Source: Pseudomonadota bacterium (GTDB lineage Bacteria > Pseudomonadota > Alphaproteobacteria > UBA8366). From it: a stretch of DNA of 64,000 bases. The notes under the pieces are model-generated. The model saw only the letters and a program-made list of their open reading frames with translations. It ran no database searches and was not told the DNA's origin. Of the stretch, positions 26,495-35,816 are shown piece after piece. Location: assembly GCA_036339585.1 (NCBI GenBank), contig JAYZAS010000004.1, positions 51,947-115,946 on the forward strand, read 5' to 3'. Each line of letters opens with the position of its first letter. Position 1 is the stretch's first letter. The position numbers were made by a program, and so were the translations under genes.

Positions 26495-28161
26495 CCGCCT
26501 TCCCCATAAAGACGCCTAGCTGCCGCAGCAGTGACATAACCATTTTTTACGTCTTCACACACTCGTCCACGTTCACGTTGCGTGGGATCTCCGTAGCCTC
26601 CACCGCCAGCGTATATCATTTTTAGTCTTATGCCCGGCTCTATTACTGTGCGTGATTTTTGATGAGGTACCGTTCCATCACTAAAGCTTATATGGCTTTT
26701 TGCCCCCTCCAGCCCACCCAAAATGCCGACTGCTGGATGGCGCCATCGATCTGATAATAAAGAGAGCTGCAATGGCTCGAGTGCGCGCGATTCTATTTCA
26801 CACACTTGCCCCAAACCACCACGATACGTGCCAGCACCTCCTGAGTCTGCACGAAACTCTTTCTGCCAAACAATCAAGGGAGCCACACTTTCAAACGCCT
26901 CAATACTGCCAGCACCTGCATTTGTTGGAAATGCAATTGTTGAAATTCCATCTTTTGTTGGACGTGCGCCCATCCCGCCGCTAGCAAATAAAATTTGTGT
27001 GAACCTATTACCCTTCGGGTTCAGACCACTAAAAATTGCACGCATACTCGGTGCGCTGCCACTGTCCGCAATAACTTTGGATGGAACAGCTTGTGCCAAT
27101 GCTGCGTAAATCACTCCGGCCAACATATGGCCGGTAAGTTGGCGAGCATTACATGGTGCAGGACGAGTAGGGTTTAGAATCGATCCCTCTGGAGCCACAA
27201 CGCTAATTGGACGGTATGATCCCTCATTTCTAGGCGTGAGTGGGTCAAGTGCACATTTGATTGGATATGCAGAATATGCGTGTGTGTAATTCATAACTGT
27301 GTTGAGGCCGCGATTGATTTGTTTTGATGTTCCGCTGTAATCAATCTCGATACTAGAGCCCTTCACAGTAACTGCGCACTCGATGTGAGTTTCATCCTCG
27401 TCAAACCCATCCGCATCAAGGGAAGCGTGGTAGCTTCCATCCGGCACTTCTTCAATAGCGTTTCGCATAGCCGTTTCTGCTCGGGTAAGCAAAGATTTTG
27501 AAAGAAGGGAAAGATCATCCAGTCCGGAATCCTCCAAAAATTCTATGAGACGGCGCCCACAGACCTGGTTCGCTGTGACCTGTGCGTTGAGATCGCCCAG
27601 TACTTGCTCGGGCAGCCGCACGTTGCAAACAATCATCTCTTCAACGTCCTTATTAAGCTCTCCTTCTTTCAAAAACTTAAGTGGTGGGATACAAAGACCC
27701 TCTTCGAAAAGTTCGCGACAATCTGCAGACCATAACGAACCTCCAATATCAGGAGAATGAGCAATTGAACCCGAGAAACCAACCAACTGACCATTCCAAA
27801 AGACTGGCATTACCATTGTAATATCGGGCAAGTGACCAGTGGCCAACCAAGGGTCATTGGTTATCACACAATCTCCGGGTTTCCATGTTGCCTGGGGAAA
27901 TTTGGCAAGGAAATGTTTAAGTGTTACAGGAAGAATTCCAGCGAAAGACGGTATACCCCCCGTATTTTCGCTGAGTGAATCGCCATTGGCGTCCATCAAA
28001 ACGGTGCCAAAGTCATTTGATTCTCGAACGATGGTTGAAAAAGATGTTCTAAGTAAGGCTGCCGCGGACTCATCTGCAATTGAAATGAGCCTACTCCAAA
28101 ATATTTCAAGTGTTATTGGGTCGAACCTTTCTCCGGCACCTTTCGCACCAAGATCAACCAT
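26491..28161 (-). CDS. hyuB: hydantoinase B/oxoprolinase family subunit (HyuB-like)
   Basis: 556 aa. DPITLEIFWSRLISIADE ... RESNDFGTVLMD are typical hydantoinase_B motifs. It overlaps the hyuA start by 4 nt. Confidence 0.92.
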   Translation of the reverse strand: MVDLGAKGAGERFDPITLEIFWSRLISIADESAAALLRTSFSTIVRESNDFGTVLMDANGDSLSENTGGIPSFAGILPVTLKHFLAKFPQATWKPGDCVITNDPWLATGHLPDITMVMPVFWNGQLVGFSGSIAHSPDIGGSLWSADCRELFEEGLCIPPLKFLKEGELNKDVEEMIVCNVRLPEQVLGDLNAQVTANQVCGRRLIEFLEDSGLDDLSLLSKSLLTRAETAMRNAIEEVPDGSYHASLDADGFDEDETHIECAVTVKGSSIEIDYSGTSKQINRGLNTVMNYTHAYSAYPIKCALDPLTPRNEGSYRPISVVAPEGSILNPTRPAPCNARQLTGHMLAGVIYAALAQAVPSKVIADSGSAPSMRAIFSGLNPKGNRFTQILFASGGMGARPTKDGISTIAFPTNAGAGSIEAFESVAPLIVWQKEFRADSGGAGTYRGGLGQVCEIESRALEPLQLSLLSDRWRHPAVGILGGLEGAKSHISFSDGTVPHQKSRTVIEPGIRLKMIYAGGGGYGDPTQRERGRVCEDVKNGYVTAAAARRLYGEGG

Positions 28162-28163
28162 TA

Positions 28164-29234
28164 TTAGGCCGCCTTTTTTTGTCCTATTTCAGGAGCAACC
28201 TTATCCATGAATAGTCGAATGCTATTCTCAACAACATCATGTGACGCTGCCCCCAAACGGAACTGCAGAATAAGGCCCCCAACACCGACAGCATCAATTT
28301 CTGCGACTTGCTCTGCTACTGTGGCCGGCGAACCACAAAGTAAACTGTGTTTAGTAACATTACGGGCAGCAGCCTTTTTGGGTGCTGCACCTGTTTCCAT
28401 GCTTTTATCGAGAGTTAGGCCACGAGCCTCATATACCTCTTTCCGCATAGCCATACGGTGATCGCGCTGTCCTTCAAATAGAGGAAGGCCAATTCGCTCG
28501 GCTTCCTCATCTGTATCGGCAACGAAAATATTTTTCCAAATCCACGTTTGATCAACGCAAGTTTGTATACGGGCATCATCATAACCTGCCTCCGCCATGG
28601 TTGATCTGTAAAGATCCATGCGCTGCTGGATAACATCGACAGATTGTACATTCATGAGGAAAGGCTTGCCCTCACGGGCTTGGCCTAGCATCGCCTCTTC
28701 ACCGGAACATGCACGTATCATGAAAGGATGAGGCTTAGAATAAACCCTCGGTCTAAGTGCGGGCAACCAAATATCCCAATATTTTCCTTTGAAACTAAAA
28801 TCTTCAGTTGTCCAGGCCTTGACCATGATTTCTTCTGCCTCCAACAAGCGCTCATAGGCTTCATCAGGATCTATCCCAAACCCTAGATAATCATAAATAT
28901 TGTATGCTGTGCCACGCCCCAGACCAACAATTAATCGGCCTTTACTCAGGTTATCGATCATAGAAATCTGCTCAGCTAGCCGTATAGGATGATGCAATGA
29001 CATCTGAGCAACAGCAAACCCTATTTTAATTTGTTCTGTAGTTGCCGCAATCGCAGCAGCAAAGCTTATTGGATCCACATATGCGCAGTTACCATCAAAG
29101 TGGTGTTCTGCTAACCAAACTGAGTCCATACCCAATTCGTCACAGAGCTTCGCTTCCATTACAGTTTCGTCAATGACACGCTCGTCACTTTCTGGGTCTG
29201 GGCATTGAGGAAAAAGAAAATTGCCAAATTTCAT
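28164..29234 (-). CDS. LLM-class (luciferase-like) flavin-dependent monooxygenase/oxidoreductase
   Basis: 356 aa. MKFGNFLFPQ ... SVWLAEHHF ... GRLIVGLGRG. Confidence 0.88.
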   Translation of the reverse strand: MKFGNFLFPQCPDPESDERVIDETVMEAKLCDELGMDSVWLAEHHFDGNCAYVDPISFAAAIAATTEQIKIGFAVAQMSLHHPIRLAEQISMIDNLSKGRLIVGLGRGTAYNIYDYLGFGIDPDEAYERLLEAEEIMVKAWTTEDFSFKGKYWDIWLPALRPRVYSKPHPFMIRACSGEEAMLGQAREGKPFLMNVQSVDVIQQRMDLYRSTMAEAGYDDARIQTCVDQTWIWKNIFVADTDEEAERIGLPLFEGQRDHRMAMRKEVYEARGLTLDKSMETGAAPKKAAARNVTKHSLLCGSPATVAEQVAEIDAVGVGGLILQFRLGAASHDVVENSIRLFMDKVAPEIGQKKAA

Positions 29235-29938
29235 ATTTTTGCTCCTGTTACAGCTGCAGATATTGTTGCCACACGGCCAGAGGTAGTGACCGAAAAAAAT
29301 CTAGCCATACTATTATGGATATGAGACGCTAAAGCTTCTCCAGCTTTCTCTGAGTCACGGGATGCGAGAGCTGCCATTATTTCTTTATGCTCCCGATCGG
29401 ACTCCTTCAAACTGCGGGAAATACTTTGAGTACGATAGAGGTGTAGCTCCTTGTCGAGGCCGTTACATATTTCGCGTAGACGCTTATTGTTGACGAATTC
29501 AACAATTGAATCATGAAAAGTTCGGTTAACACTATAGTACCCCTGAAAGTCTTCAATAGCGGCCGCTATTGCCATTTCCTCCACCATTTTACTTAGCACT
29601 TTAATCTCTTGGTCGGTAATGCGCGCGGCAAGCAATTGACCCGCTAACCTCATCAATGAGGCTCTTAAGACATAAAGATCTCTTGCTTCATGCGTTGATA
29701 CGACGCGCACAAAACAACCGCGATTAACAATGAATTCGAGCAATCCAGCTTTAACAAGTGCGCTACAAGCTTCCCTGATCGGTCCGCGACTAATACCCAT
29801 TTCAGCGGCCATTGAATTTTCATTTATGCGGTCACCAGGAGCAACTTCACCGTCTACAATGCGACGCTCGATTTCCGCCTGCACCACACTGGCCAGTGAC
29901 GTCGGCCTGATTAACTTGAGTTTCGAATTTACTTTCAT
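29231..29938 (-). CDS. GntR-family transcriptional regulator (FadR/FCD subfamily)
   Basis: 235 aa. Winged helix ENSMAAEMGISRGPIREACSALVKAGLLEF plus an alpha-helical FCD-type C-terminal domain. Its stop overlaps the LLM start by 4 nt. Confidence 0.88.
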   Translation of the reverse strand: MKVNSKLKLIRPTSLASVVQAEIERRIVDGEVAPGDRINENSMAAEMGISRGPIREACSALVKAGLLEFIVNRGCFVRVVSTHEARDLYVLRASLMRLAGQLLAARITDQEIKVLSKMVEEMAIAAAIEDFQGYYSVNRTFHDSIVEFVNNKRLREICNGLDKELHLYRTQSISRSLKESDREHKEIMAALASRDSEKAGEALASHIHNSMARFFSVTTSGRVATISAAVTGAKI

Positions 29939-30202
29939 CGGATTTAGCCTAGCTAAGCTTATGGTGCATTATTGTCAACAATTTTATATATCTGTCTGTT
30001 CCTGATGCTTTTTTTGATCTACAGAGATGCAGAATTTTTCTGCCAGAACGACTGACATGAATTCTAAGACACACCATTGCAGAAAAATATCGATTTGCGT
30101 AAATTTATGAAAAAGTTGTTAAATGTAGTTTGTATATAACTTTGGTCTTCAGTCGCACCGCCCTTGTTGTGTGGGCGGTAGCAAAAAGGGAAATCCAACG
30201 CA

Positions 30203-31261
30203 ATGACCGGATCGGATAATATTATCATCAATACCACCGCAAAAATTCTTAACGATCTTTGCGACCCTCAAACTATCAATAACTCGAAAGACGAAAAATG
30301 GAAGGCAACTCTATGGAGTGCGTTGGAAGGAAATGGCTTAACCCGAGCATGGGTTCCGGAGCAATTTAATGGTGTGGGAGCTAATGTAGCTGACGGATTT
30401 GAGATACTTCGTATTGCAGGGCAGTTTGCCATTCCCGTGCCAATCGCCGAAACGCTATTGGCCGGTTGGCTATTATCGGAGACAGGCCTTAATGTTCCTG
30501 ATGGCATGTTGAGCATTGCTCCAGTCAACCAACACGACACTGTCACACTCAATGACAACGATACACTTACAGGTATCACCCATCAGATTCCATTTGGGCG
30601 CGATGTTGCACAAGTTGTTGTGCTTGCGGAAAGAAATGGCCAGTCCTTCTTAGCATTAGTGAATCGCGAAGACTGCATCCTTCAACAACATGACAGCCAT
30701 GCTTCAGAACCTCGCGACACAATTGACTTCAATCGAGTAACGCCGGTCCAATGCGCGGAAACAAAACTCACACGAGATCATTTATTACGCATGGGTGCAG
30801 CGATCCGATGTTCGGAAATGGGGGGAGCCCTGCAACATATTCTCAATATTGCCGTTCAATATTCAAAAGATAGAGAAGCCTTCGGGCGCCCCATATCAAA
30901 GTTTCAAGCGGTGCAGCATAATCTGGCCCAGCTTGCTGGAGAGGCGGCCGCAGCAGTTTCAGCAGCTTCTTCTGCAGCGGACACGATAAATAGTGGGGAC
31001 GGTTTTAATGATGCAGGTTTTCTTGAAATTGCAAGTGCCAAAATACGGGCTGGAGAAGCAGCAGGAAAGGGGGCAGCCATTGGGCATCAAGTCCACGGCG
31101 CTATCGGATACACAACTGAACATATTTTACACCGCTACACCCAAAGACTTTGGAGTTGGCGTGATGACTTTGGTGGTGAAAGTGTCTGGGCTGTCGCCCT
31201 CGGAGAATTTGTAGCGGCAAATGGGGCTGATCAGTTATGGCCCACCATCGCCGCCCGCTAA
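30203..31261 (+). CDS. acyl-CoA dehydrogenase family protein (short form, 352 aa)
   Basis: The central and C-terminal ACAD domains are recognisable (REAFGRPISKFQAVQHNLAQLAGE ... GHQVHGAIGYTTEH). It is the first gene of a tandem ACAD pair. Confidence 0.85.
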   Translation: MTGSDNIIINTTAKILNDLCDPQTINNSKDEKWKATLWSALEGNGLTRAWVPEQFNGVGANVADGFEILRIAGQFAIPVPIAETLLAGWLLSETGLNVPDGMLSIAPVNQHDTVTLNDNDTLTGITHQIPFGRDVAQVVVLAERNGQSFLALVNREDCILQQHDSHASEPRDTIDFNRVTPVQCAETKLTRDHLLRMGAAIRCSEMGGALQHILNIAVQYSKDREAFGRPISKFQAVQHNLAQLAGEAAAAVSAASSAADTINSGDGFNDAGFLEIASAKIRAGEAAGKGAAIGHQVHGAIGYTTEHILHRYTQRLWSWRDDFGGESVWAVALGEFVAANGADQLWPTIAAR

Positions 31262-31284
31262 ATAATGATTGTGAGGAACATGCT

Positions 31285-32448
31285 ATGTCTGTGAATATAC
31301 GATTCGATCCTATTCGACTTCCAAAAATATGTCAGGATTTGCGCCATGAGGTGCGCGACTTTCTTCACAAGGAGGAAGCAGCCGGCACATTTGATCGACG
31401 AGAAAATGCAATGGGAGGAATTTTTAATAAAGAATTTAGCCGTAAAGTTGGAGCTAAAGGCTGGATTGGAATGTCATGGCCCAAAAAATATGGCGGCCAT
31501 GAGCGCACCTTCCTTGAACGTTACGTGGTCACAGAAGAAATGCGGGTTGCCAATGCGCCTGTACGTGGGCATTTCACCGCAGACCGTCAGAGTGGGCCTA
31601 TTATCCTAAAGTTAGCAGACGAGGATATTAAAGCAGACATTTTACCCCGGATAGCCGCAGGAGAATGTACCTTTTGCATCGGTATGAGTGAGCCATCAAA
31701 TGGTTCAGATCTTTTTGCTGCACGAGTGAAAGCAACCAAAACCGACGGTGGGTGGCTTATCAATGGGAGTAAGATTTGGACCAGTTACGCTCACTTGGCA
31801 GACTATATGATTGCATTATTTCGAACTTCACCGTGCACGAAAGAAAACCGTCGCCATGGCTTAACAAACTTCCTTGTTGATTTAAAAAACTTCAACAATA
31901 TCAAAATTAACCCGGTGGTAAATCTCCGTGGCCAACACGAATTTAATGAGGTAGTTTTTGAAGATACCTTTATCCCGGACCAATATGTTTTGGGCGAGAT
32001 TGACGGAGCTTGGAAGCAAGCAACGAGTGAACTTGCCTACGAGCGCAGCGGCCCCGAGCGGTTTCTAGAAACATCATATGTTTTATTTGAATTAGCGCAG
32101 GTACTCGGGAAACAGCCAGACGCTCGAGCGGCCGAGGGTCTGGGTCGTTTGGTTGCCGGACTACATACACTTAGGCGCATGTCAGTTTCGGTTAATGGTA
32201 TGTTGCAAGCTGGCGAAGAACCTACGATCCAAGGTTCTCTTGTAAAAGACCTCGGTACAATTTGGGAACAGGAGCTCCCAGCAAAAGCGCGTGACTTGGC
32301 AACCTTCGTGCCCCCAGGAGATGGCAATCGCGCCTCATTCGACGCATTGCTGAACTACGGCATTCAGGTTGCTCCAAAACTCACCATACAGGGCGGCACA
32401 ACTGAGGTGCTGCGGGGGATCATCGCTCGTGGTTTAGGACTTCGTTAA
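31285..32448 (+). CDS. acyl-CoA dehydrogenase
   Basis: GMSEPSNGSDL, GSKIWTSYA and the C-terminal IQGGTTEVLRGIIAR. GAGGAA lies 6 nt upstream of the ATG at 31285. The ORF-track start at 31237 would overlap the upstream gene. Confidence 0.88.
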   Translation: MSVNIRFDPIRLPKICQDLRHEVRDFLHKEEAAGTFDRRENAMGGIFNKEFSRKVGAKGWIGMSWPKKYGGHERTFLERYVVTEEMRVANAPVRGHFTADRQSGPIILKLADEDIKADILPRIAAGECTFCIGMSEPSNGSDLFAARVKATKTDGGWLINGSKIWTSYAHLADYMIALFRTSPCTKENRRHGLTNFLVDLKNFNNIKINPVVNLRGQHEFNEVVFEDTFIPDQYVLGEIDGAWKQATSELAYERSGPERFLETSYVLFELAQVLGKQPDARAAEGLGRLVAGLHTLRRMSVSVNGMLQAGEEPTIQGSLVKDLGTIWEQELPAKARDLATFVPPGDGNRASFDALLNYGIQVAPKLTIQGGTTEVLRGIIARGLGLR

Positions 32449-32457
32449 GCGAGAACG

Positions 32458-34608
32458 ATGCCCGATATAAATGCTCTACTCAATCCAACAACCGTAGCTG
32501 TGATTGGGGCTTCGAATGATAAGTCTATTATTCGCGGACGTGCTATGGAAGTTTTACTGAGTCACCCCTACAGAGGGAAGATTTATCCGATTAGTAGAAG
32601 TGCCCAGCAAGTCCAAGGGTTAAAGGCCTTCAGTTCAGTAGAATCAGTGCCCGAACAGATTGATCTTGCTCTTATAATCATTCCAGCAGAGTTCATTCTG
32701 GAGGAATTGGAACGTTGCGGCAATTCTGGTGTAAAAGCAGCACAAATTATAACATCAGGTTTTGCTGAAGGTGGAGACCGTAAGGGTAAAAACCTCCAAA
32801 AAAAAATAAACGAAATAGCAATTAAGTTCGACATGGCTATAAGCGGCCCGAACTCCGAGGGTTTTGCCAACACATTAAAATCTCTTTGTCCCACCTTTAG
32901 CCCTGCAGTCGCGGAACCTAGTATCAGTTTGACCCCTGATTATCGAAAAAGTGGATTTGTAGCTGCCATTGCTCAGAGTGGTGGCTCAGGGTTTGGTCTC
33001 TATGATCAGGGTCGCCCAAAAGAGCTTCCTTTCAGCTACGTGATTACCACAGGAAATGAAGCCGCGCTTGAGACCTTTCATTTTGTGGATTACCTTCTCG
33101 ATGAGGGGAAGACTGATGCTTTCTTGTTGTTCCTTGAGGATGTGAAAACACCTGATCTATTCAAACAAACCGCAGAGAAGGCTCTTCGCGCCGGCAAGCC
33201 AATTATACTGACAAAAATTGGAAAATCAGAGGCCGGCCGCCGAGCGGCCCAATCTCACACCGGAGCAATGACTGGAGCTTATGATGCTTACAAAGCGATG
33301 TTCCAACGATACGGTATTATAGAAGGCAAAGACCGCGAAGAGATGTGCGATATTGCGGCAGGGTTCTCTCATTTTGGCAATCGTCTACCGCTAGGCAAAA
33401 GAGTAGGTATTTGTTCCGGGTCTGGCGGATCGGCTGGTTGGATGGCGGAGACATGCACCGCTATAGGCCTTGAAGTTCCGTTACTCGATGATGCAACGCG
33501 TAATCGAATTGACTCCCATTTACCTCATTACGCCACCTCACAAAATCCAGTAGATGCAACTGCGGGGTCTATTCGTAAAATCGGCTACAGTGTTTTAGGA
33601 GAGTGGGTTTCACAGTCTCCAGAAGTTGATTCTATAATCATCGTCACTTCAGCTCGGCATGCCCATTCTTTCTCAAGTGAAGGCGATGATTTGGCAAGAG
33701 TAGCACAGGAGGCAAAAAAACCAATTATGGTGTGCTCTTATACACTGCCGTCTTCCGAGTCCACCATAATGTTTAATAAAGCAGGCTATCCCTTTTTTAC
33801 GAATATGCCGAACTGTGCAAGAACTGTCAGAGAGATGGCAGACTATAAGATTTTGCGGGAGGCATTCCTCGCGGTTCCAGACATCCGGACTTCAGACGCT
33901 GCTCGGGAGCACGCCGTTCGAAAAGCATGCGCTGATCAATGTGGAGTCTTGACAGAGTACAAAACCGGTAAAATACTAGGCCATTATGACATAGACCTCG
34001 GAGGTGGAGGTTTAGCAAAGTCCACTGAAGATGCTGTTGCAATTGCCGAAGGAATCTCAGGGCCCGTTGCATTGAAATTGCAGTCACCCAACATCCCACA
34101 TAAGTCGGATGTGGGTGGAGTTATCTTAAACCTTGAAACAAAAAACGAAATTGAGGATGCTTTTTGTAAAATCCTCGCATCTGCCAAGCAACATTGCCCA
34201 CGTGCAGATCTGGATGGGGTTCTTGTAAGACCGATGGCAAACGATGGAGTCGAGTTCATCTTAGGCCTTAAACACGATGACGTTTTCGGAATGATGATGT
34301 TGGTTGGGCTAGGGGGTCTTTTTGTTGAAGTGCTCCGAGATAGAGTTATTTTACCGACGCCAATTTCGATAAATGAAGCGCTTAGAGCACTTTCGCAACT
34401 CAAGGGCAGCGCAATCCTAGACGGCGTGCGAGGTCGGTTGGCTTCTGATAAAATTGCGCTCGCCGAATTAATGGTCAAATTGAGCCACTTCGGTTCCGAC
34501 TTTTCTGACATTATTGCAGAAATTGATCTTAATCCGGTAATTGTGCACGAAGAAGGGCATGGCGTCACAATAGCTGACGGTTTAATTATCACCTCTTCGG
34601 ATAATTAG
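32458..34608 (+). CDS. ADP-forming acyl-CoA synthetase (CoA-binding + succinyl-CoA-synthetase-like + ATP-grasp domains)
   Basis: 716 aa. VAVIGASNDKS...IYPI is the CoA-binding N-terminus. QSHTGAMTG is the phosphohistidine loop. The C-terminus has an ATP-grasp pattern. Confidence 0.88.
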   Translation: MPDINALLNPTTVAVIGASNDKSIIRGRAMEVLLSHPYRGKIYPISRSAQQVQGLKAFSSVESVPEQIDLALIIIPAEFILEELERCGNSGVKAAQIITSGFAEGGDRKGKNLQKKINEIAIKFDMAISGPNSEGFANTLKSLCPTFSPAVAEPSISLTPDYRKSGFVAAIAQSGGSGFGLYDQGRPKELPFSYVITTGNEAALETFHFVDYLLDEGKTDAFLLFLEDVKTPDLFKQTAEKALRAGKPIILTKIGKSEAGRRAAQSHTGAMTGAYDAYKAMFQRYGIIEGKDREEMCDIAAGFSHFGNRLPLGKRVGICSGSGGSAGWMAETCTAIGLEVPLLDDATRNRIDSHLPHYATSQNPVDATAGSIRKIGYSVLGEWVSQSPEVDSIIIVTSARHAHSFSSEGDDLARVAQEAKKPIMVCSYTLPSSESTIMFNKAGYPFFTNMPNCARTVREMADYKILREAFLAVPDIRTSDAAREHAVRKACADQCGVLTEYKTGKILGHYDIDLGGGGLAKSTEDAVAIAEGISGPVALKLQSPNIPHKSDVGGVILNLETKNEIEDAFCKILASAKQHCPRADLDGVLVRPMANDGVEFILGLKHDDVFGMMMLVGLGGLFVEVLRDRVILPTPISINEALRALSQLKGSAILDGVRGRLASDKIALAELMVKLSHFGSDFSDIIAEIDLNPVIVHEEGHGVTIADGLIITSSDN

Positions 34609-34690
34609 GATACTTTTTAAGATAAAGCATTAATAGTTTTTAATTCGACAGGCACCGTTTAAACATACCAAAGAATATTAGCTTGATAGC

Positions 34691-35527
34691 CTAAAATGCG
34701 ACTAGGGTTCGCACTTCAATACTCTCACGAGGTGGGCTATTTTCCTGAGCGTTTGGATTAGTGAATGCGGTGTGAGCAGTAAAGCGAGCACGGCCGTCAA
34801 TTGCAGAATCAAAGCATTTAATCAAGAGAGCCTCGTCGCGGGTCATGTTGGAAAAATAATACCAACGTTGTTCAGCACTATATCTTAATTGGAAAATTTC
34901 ACCCAAACGGTCTGCGTAAACGAGGTCAGTCGCAATGAAATCACCCGACGGCATTGTAGATGCATCGGAAAGCGCGAGCGGCTTGGTGATTACCGGCTCA
35001 TTTATTGACCGCCAAACATTTATCACAGCATAACGCTGTTGCAACCAATCTTCCGCTTCTTCTTTTTCGAATAAATCTCGCACACGCTGCGGGCCGGACT
35101 TTTCCGTATAATCGTTGTGGGCAACCTCTACCGGTGCCCTCACCGATTGCGAATTGCGCTTGTTTTCTTCTTCAATTCGAATGGTGTGGTCAAATACGTG
35201 TACTTTTTTTGCTCCAGTAATTGATCTTATAAATGATTGGACCTCTCGATAGTAAACTTCACGTACTTGTGTTTCGTTTAAAAAGTCTTCTATTTTAGTC
35301 TTAAATCGATGAAATGAGAATCCATTTCGGTCGAGCGTAAATTGTTCTGCAACGTCTCTACCATCGGTGAGTAAGGTCAAACGCTCCTCGAAATCCCCGG
35401 TGCGCTCAACCACACCATGTCCCTCTTCTGGTATAATCACCTTTGGTTTTCTATCAAAATCACTAAGAAACTTGATTGATGCATTTAATGTTGTTCCTAA
35501 ATTTATATTCAGCGATACGGCTTCCAT
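34691..35527 (-). CDS. CmcJ/NvfI (AsaB-like) family oxidoreductase
   Basis: RAPVEVAHNDYTEKSGPQR and VINVWRSINEPVITKPLALSDAS match my recollection of this family. A strong AAGGAG lies 7 nt upstream of the ATG at 35527. Confidence 0.6.
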   Translation of the reverse strand: MEAVSLNINLGTTLNASIKFLSDFDRKPKVIIPEEGHGVVERTGDFEERLTLLTDGRDVAEQFTLDRNGFSFHRFKTKIEDFLNETQVREVYYREVQSFIRSITGAKKVHVFDHTIRIEEENKRNSQSVRAPVEVAHNDYTEKSGPQRVRDLFEKEEAEDWLQQRYAVINVWRSINEPVITKPLALSDASTMPSGDFIATDLVYADRLGEIFQLRYSAEQRWYYFSNMTRDEALLIKCFDSAIDGRARFTAHTAFTNPNAQENSPPRESIEVRTLVAF

Positions 35528-35816
35528 TGCCTCACTCCTTTTCCACGGGATGGCAATAACCCGCAAAATACAGAAACATAGCCCCCATAATCCTCACCCA
35601 TGTTTTTCTTTTCACACCAAAAGATCATTTCTTATTGACCCGTGGCAAACTTTTAATCTGGCCTTACAAATAAAATAAACCCTTTAATAAACCGGAAAGT
35701 TATTATGTTATTTTATATTGATACCACTTTATTTTTGCTAAATTTAGGGTAACCTTATACTTTAATAACATCCTGCTTAATTACGATGGTCTTTTATTGC
35801 TCTAGAGGTAATTTTT

